Assembly: GCA_052034495.1 (NCBI GenBank)
Contig: JBPOIL010000001.1
Location: 84,293-148,292, forward strand
DNA: 64,000 nucleotides
Direction: 5' to 3'
DNA from: Patescibacteria group bacterium
GTDB taxonomy: Bacteria > Patescibacteriota > Saccharimonadia > CAILAD01 > JADZBC01
The notes under the pieces are model-generated. The model saw nothing but the letters and a program-made list of their open reading frames with translations. It was not told the DNA's origin and ran no database searches. Below, piece after piece: positions 34,336-44,620 of this stretch (positions are counted from its first letter, which is position 1; each line of letters opens with the position of its first letter). The position numbers and the translations under genes were made by a program.

Positions 34336-35510
34336 CGCACGACTGCTGCCCGCCGGCCAGCTTTGCCCTGATATTTGCCGTCCTCGTGAACGGCTTGTTC
34401 TTGGTGTCCCCAGAACGTTGGGTCGAATGGGGTGTACATGCTGTGCCCGCCCTTGATTACGCCATCGCTGTGAATGCCTGATCGGTGTACGTTGGTATCG
34501 CGACCGACTACCGGTGCCTGTCGGTCTACCGCTAGACCTGCAGCGCCCATGACACTTTTAGCAGTAGTTACGCTGGTCTCAGGACTAAATTGCCATTCGA
34601 TCTCTGCATCTAAGTCGCTAGCAAACTTAAAGAGGTTGCTCGCCACCGTGAACACGTCGGCATTGCCCGCGCGTTCTCCTAGGCCACAAACAGTTGCTTC
34701 GACTTGTACCGTTATGTCTTTCCCGGATCGCTTAACATATTCGCTGGCTGCACGAACAAGCATGAAGCTATTAGTAGCAGCATTTCCTAGATCGTTGTGA
34801 TTGTGTGCCGATATCGTGGCCTGGTCATCTGCGCTAGTTACCCAAGATATTACATCGCGGTAGAAGTCTAGCATCCATATCGGATCTCGTTCGCCAACAG
34901 TATCAGGGACATTAATGATGTCTGCCCCCGCCCGGATGGCAGCTTCTATGACTTGCTTTAGGTATGTAGGCTCTGTAGTGCTAGCTGCTTCGGCCGAAAA
35001 CTCTATGCTCGCTCCAGGGTGTGCTGCGGATACTTGCTTGGCGTAGCTAACGGCATCCGTGGCGATGACTACCAACTCATCACGAGATACGCCAGGGAAC
35101 TTGTTCTGACGATGAAAGTCACTCGTGGAAACAAACGTATGGATACGGGGATACTTGGCCGCACTTACTGCCTGCCATGTCGCATCAATGTCCGAATGCA
35201 CGGCCCTAGAGAGACCAGCAATGACCGGTGTGAACTGGGTTTCGCAGCTAGTACCTGCGGTACTCCAGGTGGAGGTCTTAAAGCTAGCTTGCCCAACTGA
35301 CTTGGCCACGGCCATGACTTCGGCGGCGTCTTCGGGTGTTGCCGGGAATCCAGCCTCTATCACCCCGATCCCTAGCCGGGCTATTGCATCGGCAATTTTA
35401 GTCTTGCTGCCATTTGGGAACTGATGACTGGCGGGTAGTGACTGGGCGCCATCGCGCAGGGTGGTATCGAAGAAATGAACTCTTACTTTTGGCATAATTA
35501 TAAACTCCAA
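34332..35510 (-). CDS. DRE-TIM metallolyase, 2-isopropylmalate/homocitrate/citramalate synthase family (short)
   Basis: FFDTTLRDGAQS and HNHNDLGNAATNS motifs. Confidence 0.65.
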   Translation of the reverse strand: MEFIIMPKVRVHFFDTTLRDGAQSLPASHQFPNGSKTKIADAIARLGIGVIEAGFPATPEDAAEVMAVAKSVGQASFKTSTWSTAGTSCETQFTPVIAGLSRAVHSDIDATWQAVSAAKYPRIHTFVSTSDFHRQNKFPGVSRDELVVIATDAVSYAKQVSAAHPGASIEFSAEAASTTEPTYLKQVIEAAIRAGADIINVPDTVGERDPIWMLDFYRDVISWVTSADDQATISAHNHNDLGNAATNSFMLVRAASEYVKRSGKDITVQVEATVCGLGERAGNADVFTVASNLFKFASDLDAEIEWQFSPETSVTTAKSVMGAAGLAVDRQAPVVGRDTNVHRSGIHSDGVIKGGHSMYTPFDPTFWGHQEQAVHEDGKYQGKAGRRAAVVR

Positions 35511-35702
35511 TTAAAAACGCTTCGTGTGGTGAAGCGCTTCTTGTTGAGCTGTGCCTACCCGCAATTAAGCGGAGAGTGCTTCACCATTGTCAAAGCACAG
35601 CCCGATAAGGCCGAGGAGGAGGATAGCTTGCTTTGGTTGGCGAATATTCATGAAGCCATTATAACTGCTGGGTGCAAGAACACAAAATTCCTCATCGAGG
35701 CT

Positions 35703-36107
35703 ATGCTACAATTGAACCATATGCGCGGACGAATCAACTTCTCACGGATAGCATTTTGGCTTGGCCTTGGCATGGTCATATACATATTCTTTATGTTGAT
35801 TGGCGAGGGGGGCAAGAGCTATAGGCTGCGCAATCAGGCTGATAAGATTAATGTGGAAATCAGTCAGCTTCAAGAGCAAACAGAGCTCCTTGAGTATAAG
35901 ATAGCCTATTATACGACAGATGTTTACAAAGAGCGCTTGGCAAGGGAGAAGCTGGACTTACAGTATGCAGGAGAATCGGTAGTTATCGTTCGCGGTTCAA
36001 AGCCCGAGCGCACAAAATCATCTTTGCAGCTCAACCAGACTGAGGAGGCTTTGCCGGCATCTAACTTTCAGGCTTGGCTAGAGTTCCTATTTGGGAATAA
36101 GCGGTGA
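35703..36107 (+). CDS. septum formation initiator (FtsB/DivIC-like) protein
   Basis: TM helix followed by a coiled coil NQADKINVEISQLQEQTELLEYKIAYY...YKERLAREKLDL. The ORF-track start at 35475 is probably too far upstream. Confidence 0.55.
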   Translation: MLQLNHMRGRINFSRIAFWLGLGMVIYIFFMLIGEGGKSYRLRNQADKINVEISQLQEQTELLEYKIAYYTTDVYKERLAREKLDLQYAGESVVIVRGSKPERTKSSLQLNQTEEALPASNFQAWLEFLFGNKR

Positions 36108-36159
36108 GGCCGCACTTGATTTATTGAGCTTAAAGCAGTACAATATTGAATGCTGATAG

Positions 36160-36236
<77 letters not shown>

Positions 36237-36243
36237 GAATTTA

Positions 36244-36275
36244 TTTAGTCCCTTCGGGGACCTTTCTGTTTCAGC
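36244..36275 (+). terminator. hairpin (gtcccc-ttcg-ggggac) plus T-rich tract after tRNA-fMet
   Basis: Stem-loop followed by CTTTCTGTTT. Confidence 0.45.
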
Positions 36276-36301
36276 AAGATAACACTATAATATGACGGTA
36301 T

Positions 36302-36378
36302 GGCTGAGTAGCTCAGTTGGTTAGAGCGCGGGACTCATAAGCCCGAGGTCGGTGGTTCAATCCCACCCTCAGCCACCA
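36302..36378 (+). tRNA. elongator tRNA-Met (CAT)
   Basis: GGCTGAGTAGCTCAGTTGGTTAGAGCGCGGGACTCATAAGCCCGAGGTCGGTGGTTCAATCCCACCCTCAGCCACCA, similar to E. coli metT. Confidence 0.85.
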
Positions 36379-36392
36379 ATGCATTGATAGGA

Positions 36393-36425
36393 CAAATATG
36401 GACGACATAGGTCGTCCTTTTGTTT
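36393..36425 (+). terminator. rho-independent terminator (ggacgac-atag-gtcgtcc-TTTTGTTTT)
   Basis: Perfect 7-bp stem plus T-run. Confidence 0.65.
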
Positions 36426-36444
36426 TCCTGGTACAATAAAGCTA

Positions 36445-37773
36445 ATGATTGAGCGACTAAACCAACACTTGAGTAAGAGTGGATTGCTTCCGCAGGGCAG
36501 CAGCATTGTTGTGGCTGTTTCGGGCGGTGTAGATTCGGTAGCTCTGCTCGATATGCTGATGGAATTAAAGGAAGAGTATGGCTGGGATATTGCAATTGCA
36601 CACCTGGATCATAAGGTTCGACCAAGTTCGGCCGATGACGCGCAAATGGTTGCCGATATGGCTCGCAAGTACGATGCGAAATACTACCTAGGGCAATTGG
36701 GTGGTGACGAAACACGCGAAGCAGGCCTGCGCCGAGCACGCTATGACTTTCTGGAGGCTATTCGTAGTGGCCACCAGGCCAACTGGATAGTTACGGCCCA
36801 CCATCGTGACGACCGGATAGAAACATCCATCTTTAACACGATTCGTGGTGCCGACCGCTACGGCATGACGGCAATGCGCCCCGTGCGGGGTAGAATCGTT
36901 CGACCACTTTTGCCCTTCCGTAAAGGAGACTTGATAGCCTACGCTCACGCAAAGGGACTGCCCTTTGTGGAGGACGAGACGAACTCCGACCAGTCGTATA
37001 GTCGCAACTTTGTTCGCCATTCGTTGCTACCACTTGCGTCGCAGTACGATACGAACTTCCATGATGATTACCTTAAAAGGCTTGATAAGATGGAAGAGCT
37101 GAATGTGTCGATCGAGCACGGACTGGAGCAGATTATTACCTATCTGGATCGCGGCAGTAAAGGTGATAAGTTGAAGCTCGACCGAGTTGGGTTTGCAAAA
37201 CTTTCGCCAGTTATTCAATTAAACTTGCTTGTCCACATTGCTCGGCAGCTGTGCCCCGGCATTGGTCTATCCGAAGTGAACTTAGGCGAGGCACAGCGCT
37301 ACTTACTCAACGCCAAGACTGGTACGCACAAGACTATCGGCGGCATGCTCGAGCTTCGAAGAGACTACGATGTACTCGTGCTGCTGCCAGTTCAAACAGC
37401 TGTAGATTCAGACCAGGCCAGTAGGGTTGTACCTCTTAGCCTGGGTGGTGCCATAGAGTTTGGGCGCTACTTGCTTGCGCTAAATAGCCCAAGTGGGTCT
37501 GAGGTGTTTGATTCTGCATGGCTGAAACCAGGTAGTTACTACGTGCGGAAGTGGTGCAAAGGTGATAGAATATACCCTGCTGGGATTCAGGGGTCTAAGA
37601 AAATGAGCGATCTTTTCATAGACAAGAAGGTCCCGCAATCAGACAGGCTGGATTGGCCAATTATTGTGAATACCCAAAATGAGATTGTGTGGGTGCCGGG
37701 CCTCGGTATCGGTAGGAAGTTTGTGGGCACACCCGAATCTAATGATTATTATGTAACTTGTGAGGTGATATGA
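36445..37773 (+). CDS. tilS: tRNA(Ile)-lysidine synthetase
   Basis: PP-loop VAVSGGVDSVAL. 442 aa. Conserved tilS-ftsH linkage. Confidence 0.85.
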   Translation: MIERLNQHLSKSGLLPQGSSIVVAVSGGVDSVALLDMLMELKEEYGWDIAIAHLDHKVRPSSADDAQMVADMARKYDAKYYLGQLGGDETREAGLRRARYDFLEAIRSGHQANWIVTAHHRDDRIETSIFNTIRGADRYGMTAMRPVRGRIVRPLLPFRKGDLIAYAHAKGLPFVEDETNSDQSYSRNFVRHSLLPLASQYDTNFHDDYLKRLDKMEELNVSIEHGLEQIITYLDRGSKGDKLKLDRVGFAKLSPVIQLNLLVHIARQLCPGIGLSEVNLGEAQRYLLNAKTGTHKTIGGMLELRRDYDVLVLLPVQTAVDSDQASRVVPLSLGGAIEFGRYLLALNSPSGSEVFDSAWLKPGSYYVRKWCKGDRIYPAGIQGSKKMSDLFIDKKVPQSDRLDWPIIVNTQNEIVWVPGLGIGRKFVGTPESNDYYVTCEVI

Positions 37774-39617
37774 AGAAAATACCAAAGAATATCCTCTATG
37801 TTCTCATCGCATTTATTGCGCTAGGTGTGGTTTTATTCGCCGTGCCTGCTACTACTCCTAAGCCTACCGAAGTAACACTGAGCCGCGTTGCCGAGCAAGT
37901 TAGCAAAGGCGAGGTAGAAAAGATCCTAGTCGCGGGAGACAAATTGACCGTTAAGCTGAAGGATGGCAGCACAGAGCAGACCTTTAAAGAACCCAATGTG
38001 AGCCTCAAAGAATATGGCCTAGATTACAGCAAGGTGACCGTAGAGGTACAAAACCCAGATGACGGCTCTGGACGATGGCTTGATATTCTGTTGGCTATCC
38101 TTCCTATCGCCCTGATAATCGGCTTCTTCTACTTCATGATGCGTCAAGCTCAGGGTTCCAATAATCAGGCAATGAGCTTTGGCAAAAGCCGTGCGAGAGT
38201 ATTTGGTTTGGAAAAAGGGAAGTTTACATTCAAAGACGTCGCCGGAGCGATTGAAGCTAAGCAGGAATTGCAAGAGATCGTTGAGTTCCTAAAGTATCCT
38301 GCAAAGTTCGAGGCACTGGGTGCCAAGATCCCGAAGGGCGTATTGCTGTTTGGTAGTCCGGGAACTGGTAAGACTCTACTTGCTCGTGCAGTCGCGGGCG
38401 AAGCTGACGTGCCGTTCTTTAGCATTTCAGGTTCAGAGTTTGTAGAGATGTTCGTAGGTGTCGGCGCTAGTCGCGTGCGAGACTTATTTGCTAAGGCGAA
38501 GAAGAACTCCCCGTGTATTATCTTCATTGATGAAATTGATGCCGTTGGTCGCCAGCGTGGTACCGGCATGGGTGGTGGGCACGATGAGCGAGAGCAGACT
38601 CTCAACCAGATCTTGGTTGAAATGGACGGCTTCGAGCAGGGAACGAATGTAATCGTTATTGCCGCGACGAACCGGCCAGACGTGCTCGACCCCGCATTAC
38701 TCCGCCCAGGCCGATTTGATCGACGCGTAACGCTCGACAGACCAGACATGAAGGCTCGTGAGGAGATTCTGGGCGTCCACACCACTAAGAAGCCATTGGC
38801 AGATGGGGTTGATCTACATCAAATTGCCGCGAAGACTCCGGGAGTATCGGGTGCCGACCTCGCTAATATTGCTAACGAAGCCGCAATTTACGCAGCCCGC
38901 CATGATCGTAAAAAGATAACTCAAGGCGACTTGAACGAAGCAGTTGAAAAGGTTGCACTCGGCCCTGAGCGCAAGAGTCATATCCTCAACGAGCGTGAAA
39001 AAGAAATTACTGCGTATCATGAGGCAGGACATGCTTTGATCTCCCACTTGTTACCTCATTGTAACCCTGTGCACAAGGTATCGATTGTGTCTCGCGGTAT
39101 GGCTGGGGGAGTTACCTGGAGCTTGCCGACTGAGGACAAGCACTATAGTTCCGTTGCGGATTTTAAGGACGATATGGCAATGGCCTTGGGCGGCCGCGTG
39201 GCTGAAGATATTATATTCGGCGACATCACGACAGGCGCCGAAAGTGACTTGAAGCACGTGAACGACGTGGCCCACCGCATGGTTACAGAGTACGGTATGA
39301 GTCCGAAGCTTTCGAACCGCGTATTCAGTAGCTCGCAAGGCTCACCGTTCTTGGGCAGAAGTTTTGGCGAAGGACGACAATACTCGGAGTCAGTAGCTGC
39401 CGAGATTGATGCCGAAGTGGCGACTCTCGTCGAAGAGGCTACGAAGACAGCATATAAGGTGATAGCGGACAACAAGCCGCAACTCATAAAGATTGCCAAG
39501 AAGCTTATCGAAGTAGAGACGCTTGAAGGTAAAGACTTTACCAAACTGTTTGATCCAATCGATGACAAGGCACCAAAAAAGGCACCTTCCGTCGATACTA
39601 ATAAGACGAAAAAATAA
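37770..39617 (+). CDS. ftsH: ATP-dependent zinc metalloprotease FtsH
   Basis: AAA Walker A GSPGTGKT. Zn motif HEAGHAL. N-terminal TM segments. Confidence 0.95.
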   Translation: MKKIPKNILYVLIAFIALGVVLFAVPATTPKPTEVTLSRVAEQVSKGEVEKILVAGDKLTVKLKDGSTEQTFKEPNVSLKEYGLDYSKVTVEVQNPDDGSGRWLDILLAILPIALIIGFFYFMMRQAQGSNNQAMSFGKSRARVFGLEKGKFTFKDVAGAIEAKQELQEIVEFLKYPAKFEALGAKIPKGVLLFGSPGTGKTLLARAVAGEADVPFFSISGSEFVEMFVGVGASRVRDLFAKAKKNSPCIIFIDEIDAVGRQRGTGMGGGHDEREQTLNQILVEMDGFEQGTNVIVIAATNRPDVLDPALLRPGRFDRRVTLDRPDMKAREEILGVHTTKKPLADGVDLHQIAAKTPGVSGADLANIANEAAIYAARHDRKKITQGDLNEAVEKVALGPERKSHILNEREKEITAYHEAGHALISHLLPHCNPVHKVSIVSRGMAGGVTWSLPTEDKHYSSVADFKDDMAMALGGRVAEDIIFGDITTGAESDLKHVNDVAHRMVTEYGMSPKLSNRVFSSSQGSPFLGRSFGEGRQYSESVAAEIDAEVATLVEEATKTAYKVIADNKPQLIKIAKKLIEVETLEGKDFTKLFDPIDDKAPKKAPSVDTNKTKK

Positions 39618-39667
39618 TGCCTAGCTCGCAGCAAACATGCGAGCTAGAGCTGATATAATTACATACA

Positions 39668-41254
39668 ATGAAAAAAATCATCGGTAAGCTTAACAAGCAG
39701 CGTACGCTTGGGGCAGCTGCCTTTCTCATTTCACTCTCATACTTACTGAGTCGCTTGCTTGGCTTGGTTAGGGATCGCCTATTAGCGAGTAACTTTGGTA
39801 TTGGTGCTCAGACTGATGCGTATACGACTGCATTTAGGATTCCGGATCTACTATTTACATTGCTGGTATCAGGGGCGTTTGCTGTTGCGTTCATTCCCGT
39901 CTTTGTTGGCTACCTTGAAAAGGATAAGGAGAAGGAAGCCTGGAAGGTGGCAAACATCTTGCTCAACGGCATTATCCTTGTTACGACAGTTCTTGGCATT
40001 CTGGCCTTCATATTCATCGATCCGCTCGTGAAGATGATCGCTCCAGGATTCAGTGCTGCGCAACTAGAGTTAACCGCCAATCTAACCCGTATTATGCTCA
40101 TTACGCCGCTACTATTTGGGTTGGCGAACATCTTTGGAGCGATCCAGCAGTCGTTTAACCGCTTCTTACTGTTTGCTCTCGCAAGTGTATTCTATAACCT
40201 TGGAATTATCTTCGGCATATTATTCCTAAGTGACTTCTTTACACCATCTATTTACGGAGTGGCTTGGGGTGTCGTCCTGGGAACCGCGCTGCAGGCAATC
40301 ACTCAGTTTGCTGGTGCAGTGTCTCTAGGCTTTCGCTATAGCTTCAATGTGCAGTTTACACATCCTTCGGTCCGTAAGATCGTAGGCCTTATGATACCTA
40401 GGTCTCTAGATCTGGGCCTTGATCAAATTCACGTAATACTCGTGACTGCGATTGGTTCGAATCTGGCAACCGGCAGCCTGACGTCGTACTACTATGCAAA
40501 TAATTTGCGTAACGTGCCGATGGGCTTGTTCGGTGGAGCTATCGCAACCGCTGCGTTTCCACGGTTAATTCGCGCCGCTAAGTCGAAGGACCCCTCAAAG
40601 CTGCCTTCGGCGATTGTGCGCAACGTTGGGCTGGTTGTGTTCCTAACCGTCCCTGCTGCTATCATTGCTATAATTCTTCGTGGCTACATAGTGCGGCTGC
40701 TCTTTGGTTTTGGGGATCAGGTCACGGCGGATGCACTTGGTTGGCTTGCTGCCTCGATCGTTGCACAGAGCGTATTCTTCCTAATAGCACGAGTGTTCTA
40801 TGCACTTGAAGATACCAAGACACCTTTGTTTGCCAGCCTCGCTGCGATAGGTGCAAACATTGTGCTGAGCATTATCCTTGGTAAGCTCTACGGTGTGTCT
40901 GGACTCGCTATGGCACTTTCAATTACGACCACCATTGAGCTTATAGGGTTAATGTTACTCTTGCGTCGCAAGATTGGCCCTTATGGCCTCAATTCAATTT
41001 TCAAACAGGGAGTGAAAGTAACGCTCGCCTCGCTCGTTATGGGAGCCGCTATGTACGGCCTCGTTAGCCAGGTCCTTCCGCTGTTGCGCGGAGATATTGG
41101 GTTCATGGTTGTTGGTACCAAGTTTGCGATCATTTCTGCAGGTGGGCTCATTGTGTACCTGCTTGTAGCTCGATTGCTAAGGATTGGCGAGACTGATGTA
41201 GCATTCCGTTCGTTCGATAAGTTTAAAGCTAAGTGGCCAAAACTCAATGGATAA
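39668..41254 (+). CDS. murJ: lipid II flippase MurJ
   Basis: 528 aa, 14-TM MOP-family layout. RLLASNFGIGAQTDAYTTAFRIPDLLF N-terminal MurJ signature. Confidence 0.8.
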   Translation: MKKIIGKLNKQRTLGAAAFLISLSYLLSRLLGLVRDRLLASNFGIGAQTDAYTTAFRIPDLLFTLLVSGAFAVAFIPVFVGYLEKDKEKEAWKVANILLNGIILVTTVLGILAFIFIDPLVKMIAPGFSAAQLELTANLTRIMLITPLLFGLANIFGAIQQSFNRFLLFALASVFYNLGIIFGILFLSDFFTPSIYGVAWGVVLGTALQAITQFAGAVSLGFRYSFNVQFTHPSVRKIVGLMIPRSLDLGLDQIHVILVTAIGSNLATGSLTSYYYANNLRNVPMGLFGGAIATAAFPRLIRAAKSKDPSKLPSAIVRNVGLVVFLTVPAAIIAIILRGYIVRLLFGFGDQVTADALGWLAASIVAQSVFFLIARVFYALEDTKTPLFASLAAIGANIVLSIILGKLYGVSGLAMALSITTTIELIGLMLLLRRKIGPYGLNSIFKQGVKVTLASLVMGAAMYGLVSQVLPLLRGDIGFMVVGTKFAIISAGGLIVYLLVARLLRIGETDVAFRSFDKFKAKWPKLNG

Positions 41255-43022
41255 GATTCGCAACTTTTGCATTATTGCTCATATTGACCACGGCAAGAGC
41301 ACCCTGGCCGATCGACTTATAGAGATAACAGGAACGGTTGAACGCAGAGACATGCAGGCCCAGCTACTTGATAGTATGGACCTGGAGCGCGAAAAGGGAA
41401 TTACGATTAAGCTCCAGCCAGTACGTATGAAGTGGAATGACTATACGCTAAACCTCATAGATACTCCTGGGCACGTAGATTTTAGCTACGAGGTTTCTCG
41501 TAGCTTGGCGGCTTGCGAGGGGGCAATCCTGGTCGTCGATGCTGCACAGGGCATCCAGGCGCAAACTCTTGCCAACGTGTACTTGGCAATCGAAGCCAAT
41601 CTAACGGTCATACCTGTTTTGAACAAAATCGACTTGCCTGCGGCGGAGCCTGAGCGTGTCGCTGCAGAGATTTCAAGCCTGATTGGCTGTGACCCGGACG
41701 AGATACTTCGCGTCTCTGCCAAAGACGGCACGAATGTTGATAAGGTGTTGGATATGATTGTGGAGCAAGTTCCTGCCCCACGTGGTAACGAGCAAGATCC
41801 GCTCAGGGCACTAATATTTGACTCAGTTTATGATGAATACCGTGGAGTAATCCTCTACATTAGGGTGGTTGATGGCGCACTGATTGGGGGCAAGACTTTG
41901 CGGCTCATGAGCAACAGTGAAGATACGCTAGCGATTGAATCTGGCTACTTTAGCCCACACAAGGTGGCTGCGGCTTCGTTGGAGTGTGGGCAAATTGGCT
42001 ATGTGGTAACCAATTTAAAATCAATTTCCGACGCTCGTGTAGGAGACACGGTTACCCTGGCTTCGGCGCCAGCCACTACCGCACTGGACGGCTATAAAAA
42101 GGTTAAGCCCTACGTGTACGCTGGTGTTTTCCCATCGTCTGGCGAGGACTATCCGGCGCTTCGTGATGCAATCGATAAGCTGAAATTGAACGATTCAGCG
42201 CTGGAATACACTCCAGAAACATCTATGGTACTTGGCTTTGGATTTCGGCTAGGCTTTTTGGGCTTGTTGCACTTAGAGATTGTAAAGGAGCGACTGGAGC
42301 GCGAGTATAACTTGAGCCTCGTTATTACAAACCCGTCGGTTGACTACGAAGTTACTACCACGCAGGGTGAGGAGGTTATGGTGAAGAACGCAGCTGACTT
42401 GCCGGATGTGAGTCGCATCGCCGAGATTCGCGAGCCTTGGATTAAAGGCGAAGTAGTTGTCCCGAGTGGCTACGTTGGCCAAGTTATCCAGTTAGTTAAT
42501 AGTATTCGCGGCATTCAGAGGCAGCTGGAATATATCGAGGAGACTCTATGTTTGCTGAATTTCGAAGCACCACTGGCCAACGTACTAACTGACTTTTATG
42601 ATTCGCTCAAGAGCATTACATCGGGTTACGGATCCTTCAACTACGAGGTGTCAGACTATCGTGCCGAAAAGCTCGTAAAGGTAGACGTATTGGTTGGCGG
42701 CGAATTGGTCGATAGTCTGAGCTTGATAGTGCACCGTACCGAGGCCGAGCGATTGGGCAGGACAATGGTAGAAAAACTCAAGGAGGTTATTCCGAAGCAG
42801 TTATTCGTGATTAGCCTGCAGGCCGCAATAGGGGGCAAGGTGATCGCTCGCGAAGATGTGAAGGCAATGGGGAAGAACGTAACCGCCAAACTGTATGGAG
42901 GTGATGTAACACGTAAGAATAAGTTGCTCGATAAGCAAAAGAAGGGTAAAAAGAGGATGAAGAAGATCGGTAAGGTTGACATTCCGCCCGAGGCATTTAT
43001 GGTACTAGTAAAGCGCGATTAA
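41247..43022 (+). CDS. lepA: elongation factor 4 (LepA)
   Basis: IRNFCIIAHIDHGKSTLADRL G1 motif. C-terminal LepA domain. 591 aa. Confidence 0.95.
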   Translation: MDKIRNFCIIAHIDHGKSTLADRLIEITGTVERRDMQAQLLDSMDLEREKGITIKLQPVRMKWNDYTLNLIDTPGHVDFSYEVSRSLAACEGAILVVDAAQGIQAQTLANVYLAIEANLTVIPVLNKIDLPAAEPERVAAEISSLIGCDPDEILRVSAKDGTNVDKVLDMIVEQVPAPRGNEQDPLRALIFDSVYDEYRGVILYIRVVDGALIGGKTLRLMSNSEDTLAIESGYFSPHKVAAASLECGQIGYVVTNLKSISDARVGDTVTLASAPATTALDGYKKVKPYVYAGVFPSSGEDYPALRDAIDKLKLNDSALEYTPETSMVLGFGFRLGFLGLLHLEIVKERLEREYNLSLVITNPSVDYEVTTTQGEEVMVKNAADLPDVSRIAEIREPWIKGEVVVPSGYVGQVIQLVNSIRGIQRQLEYIEETLCLLNFEAPLANVLTDFYDSLKSITSGYGSFNYEVSDYRAEKLVKVDVLVGGELVDSLSLIVHRTEAERLGRTMVEKLKEVIPKQLFVISLQAAIGGKVIAREDVKAMGKNVTAKLYGGDVTRKNKLLDKQKKGKKRMKKIGKVDIPPEAFMVLVKRD

Positions 43023-43092
43023 GCTTGCGATTTGTAGGCTACTAGGCAATAATGAGTTAGCCTATTTGGTCCCCAACGAGAAAGTAGCAATG

Positions 43093-43257
43093 TGTCTGAC
43101 GACATCAAGGATGATAAACCGACTCCGGACAAAGTGAACAGCTCCTGGTTTAAGGAGCTGGTAGAGCGAGAGGCTCGTGGCGAGAGGCCTCAGACTCACG
43201 TACCAAACTGGAAGGCGACCAAGCCACGCGGCTGTGGCTGCATGGGTGACGCGTAAT
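43093..43257 (+). CDS. small hypothetical protein (55 aa, GTG start) ending GCGCMGDA, in a GC-rich insert
   Basis: Charged peptide MSDDIKDDKPTPDKVNSSWFKELVEREARGERPQTHVPNWKATKPRGCGCMGDA. Stop overlaps the next ATG. Confidence 0.25.
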
Positions 43258-43441
43258 GCCTGACAAGAAACTCTGTGGCTGTCCTGAGTGCAGTTGCAGC
43301 ACCATCGACGAGTGCCTCGATCCACGAACTCGTTGCGAGCATCACGGCGAATGCTGTCGCCCTGATTCGGTGCGAACCGCGGACCACTACACGGCACTCG
43401 GGAGAGTCGATCCGTTCACTCTCCAGCCAGTTCGGGGGTGA
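43256..43441 (+). CDS. Cys-rich small protein (61 aa; 8 Cys + 2 His in 30 residues)
   Basis: MPDKKLCGCPECSCSTIDECLDPRTRCEHHGECCRPD... Strong hairpin terminator follows. Confidence 0.35.
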   Translation: MPDKKLCGCPECSCSTIDECLDPRTRCEHHGECCRPDSVRTADHYTALGRVDPFTLQPVRG

Positions 43442-43464
43442 GGCGTCTAAAGCGTCTCACCCCC

Positions 43465-43495
43465 GCCCGATCCCCAGAATCATTCTGGGGCTTTT
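43465..43495 (+). terminator. rho-independent terminator (ccccagaat-c-attctgggg-CTTTTTG)
   Basis: Perfect 9-bp palindrome plus T-run. Confidence 0.65.
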
Positions 43496-43552
43496 TGATT
43501 CTTGAAAACGCACGGCTTAAAGCTTATGCTTATAGCATAATCAGGAAACACT

Positions 43553-44182
43553 ATGGCAGCATCAGAGTCCAAAGAACCAAACACAAAGTCCCCAGAGGAG
43601 CAGCCGAAAAAGAAGAGCACAGGCAAAGTAATCCTTATTTGCTTGCTGGCCCTTTTGCTGGCCGTACTTCCCGCATACGGCGTATGGTATTGGCAGCAGA
43701 ATGAAGCAAAACAGCAGCAAGAACAACTTCAGGAAGAAATAGACGAACTGCAAAAGGCAAAAGAAAAGCTAGAGAAGGCAGCAAAAGAATTGAGCACAAA
43801 GGCGGCCGATACTTGCCCGGCTGGCCTCACAGGAGCCCAAACAGAGAATGTGCAAGCATCAATTGAGAGCATGAACACGGCAGCCCTTGATCAGCTTATG
43901 ACGGACACGGTAGAAGTTACTTTTGCCGCGAGCGAGAAGGGCGGCAATGTGACTAAAGATCAGGCGATTGCTGACTTAGGTTACTTAAACAGCGCCACGA
44001 TGCCTTGGAACTGGAATATTGATCAGGCAACTCTAAACTCATATAAGAACGGTGACTATAATATTTATCTGGCTGATGATGATATATTCGGTGTTGCCGC
44101 CAATAAGTACTTTGTGAGTTTTCGGGTAAAATGCGGCAAGATTGACCAGGTGTTTGTGTCGGCATCGAGTGACTTGCTATAG
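43553..44182 (+). CDS. hypothetical membrane-anchored protein with coiled coil
   Basis: TM helix ILICLLALLLAVL. QQQEQLQEEIDELQKAKEKLEKAAKEL. 209 aa. Confidence 0.55.
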   Translation: MAASESKEPNTKSPEEQPKKKSTGKVILICLLALLLAVLPAYGVWYWQQNEAKQQQEQLQEEIDELQKAKEKLEKAAKELSTKAADTCPAGLTGAQTENVQASIESMNTAALDQLMTDTVEVTFAASEKGGNVTKDQAIADLGYLNSATMPWNWNIDQATLNSYKNGDYNIYLADDDIFGVAANKYFVSFRVKCGKIDQVFVSASSDLL

Positions 44183-44211
44183 TCTAGTAATAATAGAAAG
44201 GTTATAAGAAC

Positions 44212-44514
44212 ATGACAGAACAAAAACAAGCAGAGAAGTACGTAGCGGTTAAAAAGGTAGACCCAGTTTCGATCGGAAAATACTTGGCAGGTATATACTT
44301 GCTCATCTTTATGATTATTGGGGCCTTCATGATTGTAGGCGGGCTATTTGCCCTAATAATGGGCGAGTGGGAGCTAGTGCTCATAGGCCTGGGTGTCGCC
44401 ACTCTGGGCGCGGCGTTTTATGCCATGATTGGCTTTGTAGCTGGAGTGATCGGCGGCTTTATTTATAACGTCGTAGCTTCTAAAATGGGTGGAATCCGTA
44501 TTGTTTTAGAGTAG
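44212..44514 (+). CDS. small hypothetical membrane protein
   Basis: 100 aa with two TM helices. RBS GAAAGG. Confidence 0.5.
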   Translation: MTEQKQAEKYVAVKKVDPVSIGKYLAGIYLLIFMIIGAFMIVGGLFALIMGEWELVLIGLGVATLGAAFYAMIGFVAGVIGGFIYNVVASKMGGIRIVLE

Positions 44515-44539
44515 TAAGCTGAAAAGTCTTAAAGACCAC

Positions 44540-44566
44540 CTAGCACTCTTGACACGAGAGTGCTAG
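44540..44566 (+). promoter_or_regulatory. CIRCE operator (cTAGCACTC-N9-GAGTGCTAg) with embedded promoter (-35 TTGACA, -10 TACAAT)
   Basis: Near-consensus TTAGCACTC-N9-GAGTGCTAA inverted repeat 55 bp upstream of hrcA. Confidence 0.85.
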
Positions 44567-44584
44567 TTTTTTACAATTAAGTCA

Positions 44585-44611
44585 TTAGCACAAAGGTTAA
44601 TACAGTGCTAA
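44585..44611 (+). promoter_or_regulatory. second CIRCE-like inverted repeat (TTAGCAC-N13-GTGCTAA)
   Basis: Outer heptamers are perfect; inner TC/GA positions diverge. Ends 10 nt before the hrcA ATG. Confidence 0.55.
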
Positions 44612-44620
44612 GGACCGATT

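Noticed and set aside
43438-43704. 88-aa ORF overlapping the start of the 43553 gene, and the 43062-43397 minus ORF
   Set aside because: Arg-rich low-complexity translation in GC-rich DNA, overlapping better-supported features (terminator, downstream gene). Kept only as an alternative in the Cys-rich peptide finding.
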